A stretch of 64,000 bases of DNA from an uncultured Spirochaetota bacterium (GCA_963781885.1 CAWAHW010000002.1:704001-768000); one strand, 5' to 3'; counted from the stretch's first letter, positions 52,290-61,945 are shown. Program-made: numbers and translations. The notes: generated by a model from the letters alone, not told the origin.

Positions 52290-52733
52290 ATGAGCGAAAA
52301 TGAACAGAATGTCGCCATCCTCAGGCGCCTGCGCGAGATGCTCGCGCGCCAGAGGGACAGGTTCGATGCCTACCTGCGCCTGCTCGAGCGCCAGAAGAAC
52401 GCCATCGACGAAAGGGACACCGGCAGGCTTCTGGAGCAGGTGGAGATGGAGAGGTCGATCATCGCGGAGGTGAAGAGCCTGCGGAAGGTCATCGCCCCGC
52501 TGGAAGCGCTCTACCAGGCTGCCTACCCGGGGACGGAAGACACCGTGCCGCAGCTCCAGGCGACCCTGGACACGATGGGCAAGACCATCGCGGCGCACAA
52601 CGCGCGCAACCGGCAGATGCTCCGCGACCGCATGCAGGAGCTGCGCCAGGAGATCAACGCGCTGCACGCATGGCCGAAGACCGCCCCGCAGTTCTCCACG
52701 GTCTCGCCGAATCTCGTCGACATCACCACATGA
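52290..52733 (+). CDS. flgN: FlgN-like flagellar export chaperone
   Basis: Helical 147-aa protein directly after fliS with a C-terminal VDI motif. The family call is inferred from context. Confidence 0.65.
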   Translation: MSENEQNVAILRRLREMLARQRDRFDAYLRLLERQKNAIDERDTGRLLEQVEMERSIIAEVKSLRKVIAPLEALYQAAYPGTEDTVPQLQATLDTMGKTIAAHNARNRQMLRDRMQELRQEINALHAWPKTAPQFSTVSPNLVDITT

Positions 52734-55486
52734 GTCGGGAGCTGTACCTCCTCGACGGCTACAGCATCATCTATCGGGGGTATTTCGCCTTCCTGAACCG
52801 GCCGCTCCTCAATCCGCAGGGCCGCAACTCCTCGTCCGTCTTCGTCTTCTTCCGCACGCTCTTCCAGCTCATTCGCGACAGGGCCCCGGGCGCCATCGTC
52901 GTGGCGATGGATTCGCGCGTGCCCACCTTCCGCCACGTGCGCTACGACCAGTACAAGGCGAATCGTGAAAAGGCCCCCGGCGACCTGCACGCGCAGGTGC
53001 CGGTGATCGAGGAAATCCTCGCGGCCCTCCACGTGCCCAGCATCCGGGCGGACGGCTTCGAGGCCGATGACGTCATCGCGACGCTCGCCGAAGGCTGCCG
53101 CAAGATGGGCGTCCCGTGCTGGATCCTCTCAAGTGACAAGGACATCCTCCAGCTCATCGGCGGCAACGTGCGCCTGATGGCCCAGGAGAAAGGAAGAAGC
53201 GATCTGGTCGAGTACTCCCGACAGAAGGTGTTCGAGGCACGAGGGGTGTACCCCGAGCAGATCGTCGATTACCTCGCCCTCACCGGCGACTCATCCGACA
53301 ATGTCCCCGGCGTCGCGGGTATCGGGGAAAAGACGGCGCAGAAGCTGCTGGCCCAGTTCGGGAGCCTGGAAAAGATGTATGCCGAGCTTTCCTCGGTCAC
53401 GCCAGAATCGCTTCGAAAAAAGCTGGAGACGGGGCGCGAGCTTGCCTTCCTGTCCCACGAGCTCGTGACGCTCCGGCGGGACGTCCCCGGCATGCCGGAG
53501 ATCGATTCGCTCGCCTTTCCCGGTCTCGATGTCGACGCCGGCGCTCCGCTCTTCGAGCGCGAAGGCATGAAGACGCTGGTGACGGAGATGCGGGGCATCG
53601 CGCATGCGGCGGCCGCGCCGCGCGCCGCGGCACCGGTGGCGCCCGCCCCCGCACCGGAGCCAGTCGCCGACACCAAGGCGGCGCCGGCGGTCGAGATGAA
53701 GAGGGGCACCTACACCACGATCACCTCCCTGAGCGAGCTGGACCTCTGGGTGGAGAAGGCGCGCCGCGCGGGCACGTACTCTTTCGACGTGGAAACGGAC
53801 GGCATCGATGAGATGAGCGCCCGGCCTCTCGGATTCTCCTTCAGCTTCGAGGAGGGCAAGGCCTGCTATATTCCCCTCCGGGCCCCTGGTGTCGCCTGCC
53901 TGCCGGACGACGCGGTGAAAAGCAGGCTCGCGAGGCTCCTGGAAAATCCCGGCCTGCACCTGGTGGGGCAGAACGTGAAATACGATTACAAGGTCATGCG
54001 CCGCTGGGGCGTGCGCCCGGCCAATGTCACCTTCGATACCATGATCGCCGCCTGGGTCCTCGAAAGCGACGAGGCGTTCTTCGGCCTCGATCACCTTGCG
54101 GAAAAGCGCCTGGGTTTCCGCGCCAAGCCGTATGCGGAGGTGGTGGGCAAGGGCCAGACCCTCGACGAGGTGCCCATTCAACAGGCGACGGATTATTCGG
54201 GGGAGGACGCGGATCTCACCTTGCGCCTGCACGCCCTCCTGTCGAAGGACCTGAAATCCGAAAGCCTGGAGTTCGTCTTTTACGATATCGAGATGCCGCT
54301 GGTGTCGGTGCTGGCCGAGATGGAGCTTGCGGGCATCAGGATCCTTTCGGCCGAGCTCGCCGCCTACAGCCGCGAAATGGAAAGCTCCCTTTCGCGCCTG
54401 GAGGCGGAGATCTACGAGCTCTGCGGCCGCTCCTTCAACATCAATTCGACGAAACAGCTCGCGGAGATCCTTTTCACCTGGCGGAAGCTCACGCCCGTGA
54501 AGAAGACGAAGACCGGCTACTCCACCGACGTCGACGTTCTGGAAATACTCGCTGCGGAAGACCCGGTGCCGGAGAAAATCCTCGCTCACCGCAAGCTGTC
54601 GAAGCTGAAGTCGACCTATGTCGATGCGCTGCCCCTGCTCGTCAACGAGCAAACGGGACGCCTGCACACGCACTACGTCCAGACGGGAGCGGCGACGGGG
54701 CGTCTTGCGAGCAAGGACCCGAACCTCCAGAATATCCCCATCCGCGAGGAGGAGGGACGGCGCGTGCGGGCCGCATTCGTGCCCGCGCCGGGCATGAAAT
54801 TCGTGAGCGCGGATTACGCGCAGATCGAGCTCGCCATCCTTGCATACCTGTCCAAGGACCCCATCCTGCTCCAGGCATTCAAGGACGGCAAGGATATCCA
54901 TCGGCAGACGGCCGCGCTTATCTTCGGCGTCGGGGAGGCGGCGGTGTCGCCCGAACAGAGACGCGTCGGAAAGACGATCAATTTCGGCGTGGTCTACGGC
55001 ATGTCAGCCTTCGGCCTTGCCCAGGGGCTGAAGATCTCCCGGGCCGACGCGGACAGGTTCATCAAGACCTATTTCCAGCGCTTCGAAGGGGTCGATCGAT
55101 TCCTGAAGGAAACGATACGCTCCGCGGAAGAGACGGGATTCGTGCGCACGCTCATGGGGCGCCGGCGCAGGATCAACGCGATCACGAGCCGCAACCGTAC
55201 CGAGAAGACGGCAGCGGAGAGAGTGGCGGTGAACTCTCCCATCCAGGGCTCCGCGGCAGACATCGTCAAGATGGCGATGGTGAAGCTGCATCGCCGCCTT
55301 GCGCAGGAAGGGCTTTCGACAAGAATTCTTCTGCAAGTGCACGACGAGATCATCCTGGAGGCTCCGGAGGGCGAGGTGCCGGCCGTCGAGCGCGCCGTGC
55401 ACGACGTGATGGAGCATGTCACCGACCACGCGATCCCGCTGAAGGTCTCCTGCGAATCCGGCGACAGCTGGGGCGCGTTCCACTAA
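52730..55486 (+). CDS. polA: DNA polymerase I
   Basis: 5'-3' exonuclease (LLDG, EADD, GDSSDNVPG), 3'-5' exonuclease (FDVET), polymerase motifs ADYAQIEL, KTINFGVVYG and QVHDE. ATGA overlap with the upstream gene. Confidence 0.98.
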   Translation: MSRELYLLDGYSIIYRGYFAFLNRPLLNPQGRNSSSVFVFFRTLFQLIRDRAPGAIVVAMDSRVPTFRHVRYDQYKANREKAPGDLHAQVPVIEEILAALHVPSIRADGFEADDVIATLAEGCRKMGVPCWILSSDKDILQLIGGNVRLMAQEKGRSDLVEYSRQKVFEARGVYPEQIVDYLALTGDSSDNVPGVAGIGEKTAQKLLAQFGSLEKMYAELSSVTPESLRKKLETGRELAFLSHELVTLRRDVPGMPEIDSLAFPGLDVDAGAPLFEREGMKTLVTEMRGIAHAAAAPRAAAPVAPAPAPEPVADTKAAPAVEMKRGTYTTITSLSELDLWVEKARRAGTYSFDVETDGIDEMSARPLGFSFSFEEGKACYIPLRAPGVACLPDDAVKSRLARLLENPGLHLVGQNVKYDYKVMRRWGVRPANVTFDTMIAAWVLESDEAFFGLDHLAEKRLGFRAKPYAEVVGKGQTLDEVPIQQATDYSGEDADLTLRLHALLSKDLKSESLEFVFYDIEMPLVSVLAEMELAGIRILSAELAAYSREMESSLSRLEAEIYELCGRSFNINSTKQLAEILFTWRKLTPVKKTKTGYSTDVDVLEILAAEDPVPEKILAHRKLSKLKSTYVDALPLLVNEQTGRLHTHYVQTGAATGRLASKDPNLQNIPIREEEGRRVRAAFVPAPGMKFVSADYAQIELAILAYLSKDPILLQAFKDGKDIHRQTAALIFGVGEAAVSPEQRRVGKTINFGVVYGMSAFGLAQGLKISRADADRFIKTYFQRFEGVDRFLKETIRSAEETGFVRTLMGRRRRINAITSRNRTEKTAAERVAVNSPIQGSAADIVKMAMVKLHRRLAQEGLSTRILLQVHDEIILEAPEGEVPAVERAVHDVMEHVTDHAIPLKVSCESGDSWGAFH

Positions 55487-55523
55487 AGGAGGCCGCGTGG
55501 CGTTGCGCTTCGTGCGGCGCACT

Positions 55524-55751
55524 TCATGCGCCCCCGCCCATTCTCTGGAACTCTTCGATTTCCCAGGCAGTCGCGGGGTGGTACCAGCCTCTGAACTTAC
55601 GGAGGTAGCCGTCGGGCACCGGCTCGGGGGAAAGCCTTGCGCCGTCCATCCGGTAGCCCCTCACGACAGCGGGGTTCTCCGAGATCACGCGCAGGAAATC
55701 GCAGCGCGGCTCGCCGCTCCAGGGCCTGTTTTTCATGTAGAGGCTGATCAT
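55524..55751 (-). CDS. Small orphan protein (75 aa)
   Basis: ATG 55751 with AAAGGAG RBS and upstream TTGACA/TATAGT-like boxes; fills the polA-coaE gap. Confidence 0.55.
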   Translation of the reverse strand: MISLYMKNRPWSGEPRCDFLRVISENPAVVRGYRMDGARLSPEPVPDGYLRKFRGWYHPATAWEIEEFQRMGGGA

Positions 55752-55778
55752 GACGGATGCTCCTTTGAAAGACAAATA

Positions 55779-55796
55779 ACTATACAAGTGTATAGT
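55779..55796. promoter_or_regulatory. Perfect AT-rich palindrome, candidate transcription-factor operator
   Basis: ACTATACA-AG-TGTATAGT between divergent starts. Confidence 0.6.
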
Positions 55797-55798
55797 AT

Positions 55799-56623
55799 GT
55801 GTCAAGCGGAAAAAAACGGAGATTGGGCGTGGTCGTCGGACTGACGGGAGGATACTGCGCGGGTAAGGACGTTGTCGCCCGCGCGCTTGCGGGCCGTGGC
55901 TTCGCCGTGATCGACGTGGATGCACTCGGGCACGACGCGCTTCGGGAGAAGGCGGCAGAGGTCATCGCGGCTTTCGGGCGGCTGGTGCGCCGCGACGACG
56001 GCAGCATCGACCGCAAAGCCCTGGGGAGAATCGTCTTCGCGGATGCCGCGGCCCTTGCGCGGCTTGAATCCATCGTGCATCCCGTCATGGTGGAGGAAGT
56101 GAAGAAAAGGGCGTCGGCCGCGCGCGGAGATGTCCTGATCAACGCGGCGATCCTCCGCCACATGGGCCTGCACACCCTTTGCCGCGCGGTCATCTGCGTG
56201 CGTGCGCCGCTTGCGGCCCGGGTGCTCCGCGCGATGCGACGGGACAGGCTTTCATTCGGCGCTGCCCTTGCGAGGATCCGTTCGCAAGGAGACGTCTGTG
56301 CATCGGGGCGCGGAACGCGCCACGGATTTTTGGCATCGGGGCGCGGAACGCGCCACGGATTTTTGGCATCGGGGCGCGGAACGCGCCACGGATTTTTGGC
56401 ATCGGGGCGCGCAACGCGCCACGGATTTTTGGCATCGGGGCGCGCAACGCGCCACGGATTGTCGGCATCGGGGCGCGGAACGCGCCACGGATTGTCGGCA
56501 TCGGGGCGCGGAACGCCTCAATTCAATGATTCCCCTGTCGATACTTATACTGTACGAAACAGGGGGAGCATGCGTTCGCTGGAGCGTCGCGTCGCAGAGC
56601 TCGACCGGCTCTTGAGAGGATAG
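55799..56623 (+). CDS. coaE: Dephospho-CoA kinase with an in-frame repeat insertion
   Basis: VGLTGGYCAGKD, IDVD, IDRKALGRIVF and LESIVHP motifs; follows polA. Confidence 0.93.
   Translation: MSSGKKRRLGVVVGLTGGYCAGKDVVARALAGRGFAVIDVDALGHDALREKAAEVIAAFGRLVRRDDGSIDRKALGRIVFADAAALARLESIVHPVMVEEVKKRASAARGDVLINAAILRHMGLHTLCRAVICVRAPLAARVLRAMRRDRLSFGAALARIRSQGDVCASGRGTRHGFLASGRGTRHGFLASGRGTRHGFLASGRATRHGFLASGRATRHGLSASGRGTRHGLSASGRGTPQFNDSPVDTYTVRNRGSMRSLERRVAELDRLLRG
56300..56516 (+). repeat. In-frame 33-bp tandem repeat, about 6.5 copies, inside coaE
   Basis: GCATCGGGGCGCGSAACGCGCCACGGATTKTYG at 56300, 56333, 56366, 56399, 56432 and 56465, partial at 56498. Confidence 0.97.
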
Positions 56624-56629
56624 GAAGGG

Positions 56630-57316
56630 ATGGAACGGCAGAAAATTTTCTGGGTCGTGCTCTCGGTGAGCGTCTTCGTCGTGATCGTGCTGGTCGTGGG
56701 GGTGCTGCTCCTTCGCCAGAAGTCCTCCACCACCGCGCCGGTCACCGTGAGCCCCCTGTCCGGCACGGGAACGCAGGTCTACGAGTACCAGAGCCCCCCG
56801 ACGTCCCCCGCCGCGCAGGGTGCGCAGCCGTCTGGTTCCGGCACCGCGCAAACGGGCCAGAAGCCCGGCGACCAGCAGACCATGCATTTCTACATCGGAG
56901 AGGGCGACGGACAGAACGCACAACCGGCCCAGACGTCCCCCACGACGACGACACCCGCAGTGAAGCCGGTCGCGCCGGCACCGCAGGCGAGCCCGGCACG
57001 AACCGCCATCCGGCCGGCCACATCGGCACCGGCTGCCGTGAAAAAGCCGCAGAAGGGCATCGATTTCTGGATCCAGACCGGCTCCTACAAGAGCCAGGGC
57101 AAGGCGGAGGAGCTGGTGACGCTGCTGGAGGGCAAGGGCCTCACCGGGAGGGTTTTCTCCTACACGTCAAAGACGGACACCTACTACAGGGTCCGCATCG
57201 GTCCCTATCCGAACAAGGGCGATGCGGAGAAATTCCTCGCCGAGGTGAAGCAGGTCCAGGGTCTGGAAACGAGCTTTATCGCGCAGGTCACCGTGACGCG
57301 ACCTGCGACAAACTGA
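56630..57316 (+). CDS. SPOR-domain protein (FtsN/DedD-like architecture)
   Basis: N-terminal TM helix, P/T/Q-rich linker, and WIQTGSY...YYRVRIGPY. Confidence 0.9.
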   Translation: MERQKIFWVVLSVSVFVVIVLVVGVLLLRQKSSTTAPVTVSPLSGTGTQVYEYQSPPTSPAAQGAQPSGSGTAQTGQKPGDQQTMHFYIGEGDGQNAQPAQTSPTTTTPAVKPVAPAPQASPARTAIRPATSAPAAVKKPQKGIDFWIQTGSYKSQGKAEELVTLLEGKGLTGRVFSYTSKTDTYYRVRIGPYPNKGDAEKFLAEVKQVQGLETSFIAQVTVTRPATN

Positions 57317-57325
57317 GGCTCCCCC

Positions 57326-58528
57326 TCAGGAGCCGTTCAGGACCTGTTCGTAGATCTTTTCGTATTGCGGAATGATCGCCGCATAGTCGAATCGTCTGGC
57401 CTGTGCGCGCGCCGCCGCCGCGTAGCGTCGGGCCTTTCCGCAGTCTTCCAGGAGCTGCAGACAGTAACCCGCCATCGCATCGATATCGCCGACCGGCGCG
57501 AGGAATCCGGTCACCCCGTGCTCCACGACTTCCGGCAGCCCCCCCACGTCGCTTGCCACAACGGGCACGCCGCTCGCCATGGCCTCCAGCGCCACGAGGC
57601 CGAAGCTTTCCGTCTCGCTGGGCAGGAGGAGGACGTCGGCCGCCTTCAGGAGCGGCGCCACCTCGTCCACCACGCCCACGTAGCGCACCACCGACGTCAA
57701 CCCCATGGAATCCACGAGCTCGCGAGTCCTCCCGTATTCGGGGCCGTCGCCTACGAGCACCAGACGCGCGTCCATGGATTCCCGCACCCGCGCGAAGATC
57801 CGCACGACGTCGTCGGTGCGCTTGATGGGGCGGAAGTTCGAGATGTGCATGAGCGTGACCTGCCGCTCCGAGGTCTTTTCCGGTATGCAGCGGGGCTCGC
57901 GCACCTCGTGCCGATCCGGGTCGATGAAATTGTAGACGACCTGGATCTCCTTTTTCATCGGGATCTGCCGGTAGGTTTCATCCCGCAAGTAGCGGGAGAC
58001 CGCCGTGACGGCGTCCGATTGCTCGATGGACCATTGCGTCACCGGCTTGAAGGACGGGCTCGATCCCACCAGGGTGATGTCCGTGCCATGCAGCGTCGTG
58101 ACGACCTTCAGGTTCAGCTCCGAGGCGATCTGCCGCGTCATGATGGCGGCGGCGGCAAAGGGGATGGCATAGTGCACGTGCATCACCTGCAGCTTGTGCG
58201 TCCGCGCCACCTCCACCATCTTCGCCGTCAGGGTGAGGCTGTGCGGAAACTGCTTCAGGAGCGCGTGATTCTCCTGGTCCACTTCGTGGTAGCAGACCCG
58301 GGGCGGGAGCTCGCCGAGACGAAGCGGGTTGGCGTAGCTGATGAAGGCCACCGAATGCCCGCGCTCCGCCAAGTGCTTGCCAAGCTCCGTTGCCACCACG
58401 CCGCTTCCGCCGGCGGTGGGATAGCAGCAGATGCCGATCCGCATGTGCCGCTCGGAGGCCGGCTCCGCGTGGCCCGGGCCGGGCCCGGCGGCGTCGCCGG
58501 TGAGGGGACCTGGTGGGGTCGGCGTCAC
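57326..58528 (-). CDS. bshA: N-acetyl-alpha-D-glucosaminyl L-malate synthase (GT4); start either GTG 58528 or ATG 58444
   Basis: [45 protein letters not shown] and [11 protein letters not shown], characteristic of BshA. Confidence 0.9.
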   Translation of the reverse strand: MTPTPPGPLTGDAAGPGPGHAEPASERHMRIGICCYPTAGGSGVVATELGKHLAERGHSVAFISYANPLRLGELPPRVCYHEVDQENHALLKQFPHSLTLTAKMVEVARTHKLQVMHVHYAIPFAAAAIMTRQIASELNLKVVTTLHGTDITLVGSSPSFKPVTQWSIEQSDAVTAVSRYLRDETYRQIPMKKEIQVVYNFIDPDRHEVREPRCIPEKTSERQVTLMHISNFRPIKRTDDVVRIFARVRESMDARLVLVGDGPEYGRTRELVDSMGLTSVVRYVGVVDEVAPLLKAADVLLLPSETESFGLVALEAMASGVPVVASDVGGLPEVVEHGVTGFLAPVGDIDAMAGYCLQLLEDCGKARRYAAAARAQARRFDYAAIIPQYEKIYEQVLNGS

Positions 58529-59466
58529 AGCCCGCCGTCCCAGGCATCGGGATCGTCCGCACGCGCGTGACGGATCTGGCTGGGGTTGTGATAGATCCTG
58601 CTGTTGGCGGGCACGCTCTCCGTGAGCCATACGTTGCCGCCGATGATCGATCCGCGGCCGACCACCGTCTTTCCGCCAAGGATCGTCGCCCCGGCGTAGA
58701 TGGTGACCTCGTCCTCGATCGTGGGATGGCGCTTGCTGTTGGCGAGCTCCTTGCGGACGCTGAGGGCGCCGAGCGTCACGCCCTGGTAGAGCTTCACGTT
58801 GTCGCCGATGACGGTCGTCTCTCCGATGACGACACCGGTGCCGTGGTCGATGAAGAAGGAATCCCCGATCGTCGCCCCGGGGTGGATGTCGATGCCCGTC
58901 TGGCCGTGCACGTATTCGCTCATCATGCGGGGAATCATAGCGACGTGGCGCTCGTACAGCTCGTGCGCAATGCGGTGGACGAGGATGGCCTCCACCGCGG
59001 GGTAGGAGAGGATCACTTCCTCATAGGTGCGCGCCGCCGGGTCTCCGCGGAAGGCTGCCTGGACGTCGCGGCTCACGCGGCGGCGGATCTCCGGTATCCC
59101 TTCCAGCAGCGCGCGCACGATGTCTTCCGCCTCACCGGTGCAGTTCTGGTGCCGGTCGCAGTCGTCCATCATCCTGCACGTGTAGCGCAGGCTCTTTTCC
59201 ACTTCGATCGTGAGCCCCCGGGCGACGTTCACGACTTTCTCTCCAATGGCGTAACGCATGCCCGACAGCTCCAGGCGCTCCTCCGCGCGGAAACCGGGGA
59301 AGATGAGGGACGCAAGCTCCTCCACGATCCGTTCCACGCTCTGCCGCGAGGGGAGATTCGCGCCTTCGATGTGATTGATGCCCCCGAGCTCCCGGTAGGA
59401 GCCGAGTATGCCTTCCACGATATTGTCGAGGAAATCGGGCGGTTCCCTTGCCGCGGCCTGACTCAT
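58525..59466 (-). CDS. cysE: Serine O-acetyltransferase (long N-terminus type)
   Basis: GDPAA, TGIDIHPGA.IG..FFIDHGTGVVIGET, YQGVTLG and KRHPT motifs. Confidence 0.94.
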   Translation of the reverse strand: MSQAAAREPPDFLDNIVEGILGSYRELGGINHIEGANLPSRQSVERIVEELASLIFPGFRAEERLELSGMRYAIGEKVVNVARGLTIEVEKSLRYTCRMMDDCDRHQNCTGEAEDIVRALLEGIPEIRRRVSRDVQAAFRGDPAARTYEEVILSYPAVEAILVHRIAHELYERHVAMIPRMMSEYVHGQTGIDIHPGATIGDSFFIDHGTGVVIGETTVIGDNVKLYQGVTLGALSVRKELANSKRHPTIEDEVTIYAGATILGGKTVVGRGSIIGGNVWLTESVPANSRIYHNPSQIRHARADDPDAWDGGL

Positions 59467-59472
59467 GCATTG

Positions 59473-59524
59473 AAAATGGGGCGGACACGGTGAGTTTGTC
59501 AAGGCGCGCCAAATCTCCTACAAT
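59473..59524. promoter_or_regulatory. Overlapping divergent sigma70-type promoters
   Basis: Plus: TTGTCA-17-TACAAT-6-ATG. Minus: TTGACA-18-CATTTT-6-ATG. The two -35 boxes overlap at TTGTCAA. Confidence 0.6.
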
Positions 59525-59530
59525 GACCGC

Positions 59531-59971
59531 ATGCGGGTCCATCTGCCCCTCAGCGCCTGTCTCCTCGTGGCCGTGGCCGTCCAGCTGCTCTGCCAGCTCT
59601 TCAAGGTGGTCTACTATTCGCTGCGCACGCGCCGCCTGTCCCTTTCCTGGTTCATTTCCGCCGGCGGCATGCCTAGCGCGCACTCGGCCTTCGTGAGCTC
59701 ACTTGCCGTCTCGGTGGGTCTCTGGGCCGGTTTCGATACCGACCTCTTCGGCGTGACGTGCGTCTTTTCCATCATCATCATGTACGATGCCCTGCGCCTT
59801 CGCGGGGCGGTGCAGCACCACGCGCAGATCCTCTCTGCGCTCGCGGCCGTCCACCCCGAGGTCGATGCGGGAAAGATCAATCTCCGCCTCGGCCATAGCG
59901 CCGCGGAAATCGCCGCGGGAATCATCGTGGGAGGGGGATGCGCGCTGCTCGCCTGGGCGCTCATGCGGTAG
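59531..59971 (+). CDS. Divergent PAP2-family membrane protein (DUF212/YuiD-like)
   Basis: GGMPSAHSA, IMYDA..LR and LGH..AEI..G motifs. Confidence 0.9.
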   Translation: MRVHLPLSACLLVAVAVQLLCQLFKVVYYSLRTRRLSLSWFISAGGMPSAHSAFVSSLAVSVGLWAGFDTDLFGVTCVFSIIIMYDALRLRGAVQHHAQILSALAAVHPEVDAGKINLRLGHSAAEIAAGIIVGGGCALLAWALMR

Positions 59972-60027
59972 GCCGCGGCTGCGTGTCCGCGCCGGCCGTG
60001 CGCTGCCCATGGGGCGCCGTCAGCGGC

Positions 60028-60627
60028 TTAGTGGCTGCGGGCGATGCGGGTCTGCTCGGTGATGGTTTGCGATGACTCGCTGAGCTGGTCGCGTACCGTG
60101 GTGAGCTTTGCCTTCGCTTCGGCGAATGCCCCGGCGGCGATGTCTTTCTGGGCGTCCGCCACCGTGGCGCGCGCCTGGTCGGGAAGCTGCTGCAGCGGCG
60201 TGATGACGTCCATCTTGATCCGCGGCACCCGCTTCGCCGCCCACAGCCGGGACTCGAATGGCTGGATGGCAGCGGTCACGTCGTCGACGAGCGCGGAGGC
60301 TTCCAGGGCCACCTGCTGCTTCGACGTTGCGGCCGTCTCTCCCGCCGTGCGGGCGTCAGCGGCCGTCTGGTCGGCGAGGGTCCGCGCGAGATCGTAGTTG
60401 CGCGAGAGGGCGGATCGCTTCGCCTGCGCGGCAAGCTCCGCGTCCAGGGCGTCCATCCGGTCCTGCGCGGCGCGCAAGGCATCCGGGGCGTACGTGATGA
60501 CATCGGGATTCTGCAGGGCGGCGGCAAGCGCGGCTTTTGCCGCATCGATCTGGGCCTGCGGAGGCGCCGCGCAGGCGGCGAGCAGGAACGCAAGCAGGAC
60601 GGGGGCGAGCCACCGGGCTTTTTTCAT
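60028..60627 (-). CDS. Helical lipoprotein (DUF4398-like N-terminus)
   Basis: Lipobox LAAC; PP.A.ID.A..AL..A...YAP pattern. Confidence 0.75.
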   Translation of the reverse strand: MKKARWLAPVLLAFLLAACAAPPQAQIDAAKAALAAALQNPDVITYAPDALRAAQDRMDALDAELAAQAKRSALSRNYDLARTLADQTAADARTAGETAATSKQQVALEASALVDDVTAAIQPFESRLWAAKRVPRIKMDVITPLQQLPDQARATVADAQKDIAAGAFAEAKAKLTTVRDQLSESSQTITEQTRIARSH

Positions 60628-60811
60628 CGGTCGCGGAGTTCCTTTCGCGCACAGTGTGGGCATATCATCATTATCGGCATGCGCATCCGCAAAGCCATGG
60701 GGACTCTCGGCGGCGTGGATCGAGCCGAAGGAAAGCCGATTTTTTCCCCGGTGTCAAGGGACGACGTCCGCTTCGTTCTCCCGGGACCCGATCGCGCCGG
60801 GGGACGCGGGC

Positions 60812-60840
60812 TTTAAAAAGGGCGCCCGGCCGGTTATAAT
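60812..60840 (+). promoter_or_regulatory. Sigma70-type promoter
   Basis: TTTAAA-17 nt-TATAAT. Confidence 0.6.
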
Positions 60841-60863
60841 CTGAGCATAGTGAGGAGGAAGGG

Positions 60864-61844
60864 ATGAATGATATTCGGAGGAAAACAGCGCTGCTCGCGG
60901 TCGTGATCGCGCTCGCGGCAGGGGCCGTCTTCGCCCAGGGGCTTCTGCCGAGCAAGATCTGGATACTGACGATCAACGTGAACGTCCCCAACGCGTCGAT
61001 CTACGTCGACAACGCCCTGATCCAGGGCAATGCCGCGCGCGTGACGGGCGGTGTCCACAACATCAGAGTCCACGCGGACGGCTACACCGACGTCGCCCAG
61101 ACCGTCACGGTCAGGGACAATATGCAATTTGGCGTAAGGCTGAACCCGCTGCTCTACCCCGTCACCATCCGGGTGGCGGCGCCGAATGCAAGCGTGTTTC
61201 TGGACGGCAACAACGTCACCGGCTCGACCCCTTCCGTCATGACGGGATCGCACACGGTGCAGGTCACGGCGCCGGGATTCCAGGACTACAATACGGTCAT
61301 CAACGTTTCCGCCCCCGTCACCCTCGACATTCCGCTTCAGGCCGCGGGCTTCCTGCTCACCGTCAACTCGAACGTTCCTGACGCGACCGTCATCATCAAC
61401 AATCTCGCCAAGGGCGCGGTTCCCTATTCCGAGTACCTGCCCCCCGGCAGCTACACCGTGCGTGTTTCCGCCGCCGGGTATTACGACTACATCGCGAGCG
61501 TCGCGCTGGATCGGGCCATCACGATGACGGCGCCGCTGAAGCAGATGCCGCAGCCGGTCACCCAGCCCTCGACCCTGACGTTCGTCATCCCGCCCGTCTT
61601 CCGCGATCCCCAGATGCAGCCGGGCGACCCGACGGACGTCGTGCGGATCTACGTCGACAACCGGCTGGTCAATCCGAACAGAGAGCTCGCAAGGATCGCG
61701 ATCGCCCCCGGGCGCCATCGCATCCGCATCTCCTCGGGCTCCTTCTCCATGCAGCTGGGCGACATCACGGTTCAATCCGGCATGAGTTACATCATCGAGC
61801 TTGCGCTCGACATGAAGGTCAGGGCGGTCGCCTCCGACCAGTAA
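60864..61844 (+). CDS. Secreted PEGA-domain protein
   Basis: Signal peptide and three to four repeats of P.A.V.(I/L)(D/N)...G.(H/Y).V.V.A.G(Y/F). Confidence 0.88.
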   Translation: MNDIRRKTALLAVVIALAAGAVFAQGLLPSKIWILTINVNVPNASIYVDNALIQGNAARVTGGVHNIRVHADGYTDVAQTVTVRDNMQFGVRLNPLLYPVTIRVAAPNASVFLDGNNVTGSTPSVMTGSHTVQVTAPGFQDYNTVINVSAPVTLDIPLQAAGFLLTVNSNVPDATVIINNLAKGAVPYSEYLPPGSYTVRVSAAGYYDYIASVALDRAITMTAPLKQMPQPVTQPSTLTFVIPPVFRDPQMQPGDPTDVVRIYVDNRLVNPNRELARIAIAPGRHRIRISSGSFSMQLGDITVQSGMSYIIELALDMKVRAVASDQ

Positions 61845-61856
61845 GCCTGCATTCCG

Positions 61857-61886
61857 CCACGGGGACATTCGTCCCCGTGGTTTTTT
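61857..61886 (+). terminator. Rho-independent terminator
   Basis: CCACGGGGAC-ATTC-GTCCCCGTGG-TTTTTT. Confidence 0.88.
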
Positions 61887-61916
61887 CGGCAAATATTCCT
61901 TTTCCGGTCAGAAATC

Positions 61917-61945
61917 TTGACAGCAGCTCCGGGCGACCTTACTAT
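61917..61945 (+). promoter_or_regulatory. Sigma70-type promoter
   Basis: TTGACA-17 nt-TACTAT. Confidence 0.7.

Noticed and set aside
61857-61886. CCACGG...CCGTGG hairpin as a class C repeat
   Set aside because: Longer stem, different loop and a T-tract right after a stop codon; explained as an ordinary terminator.
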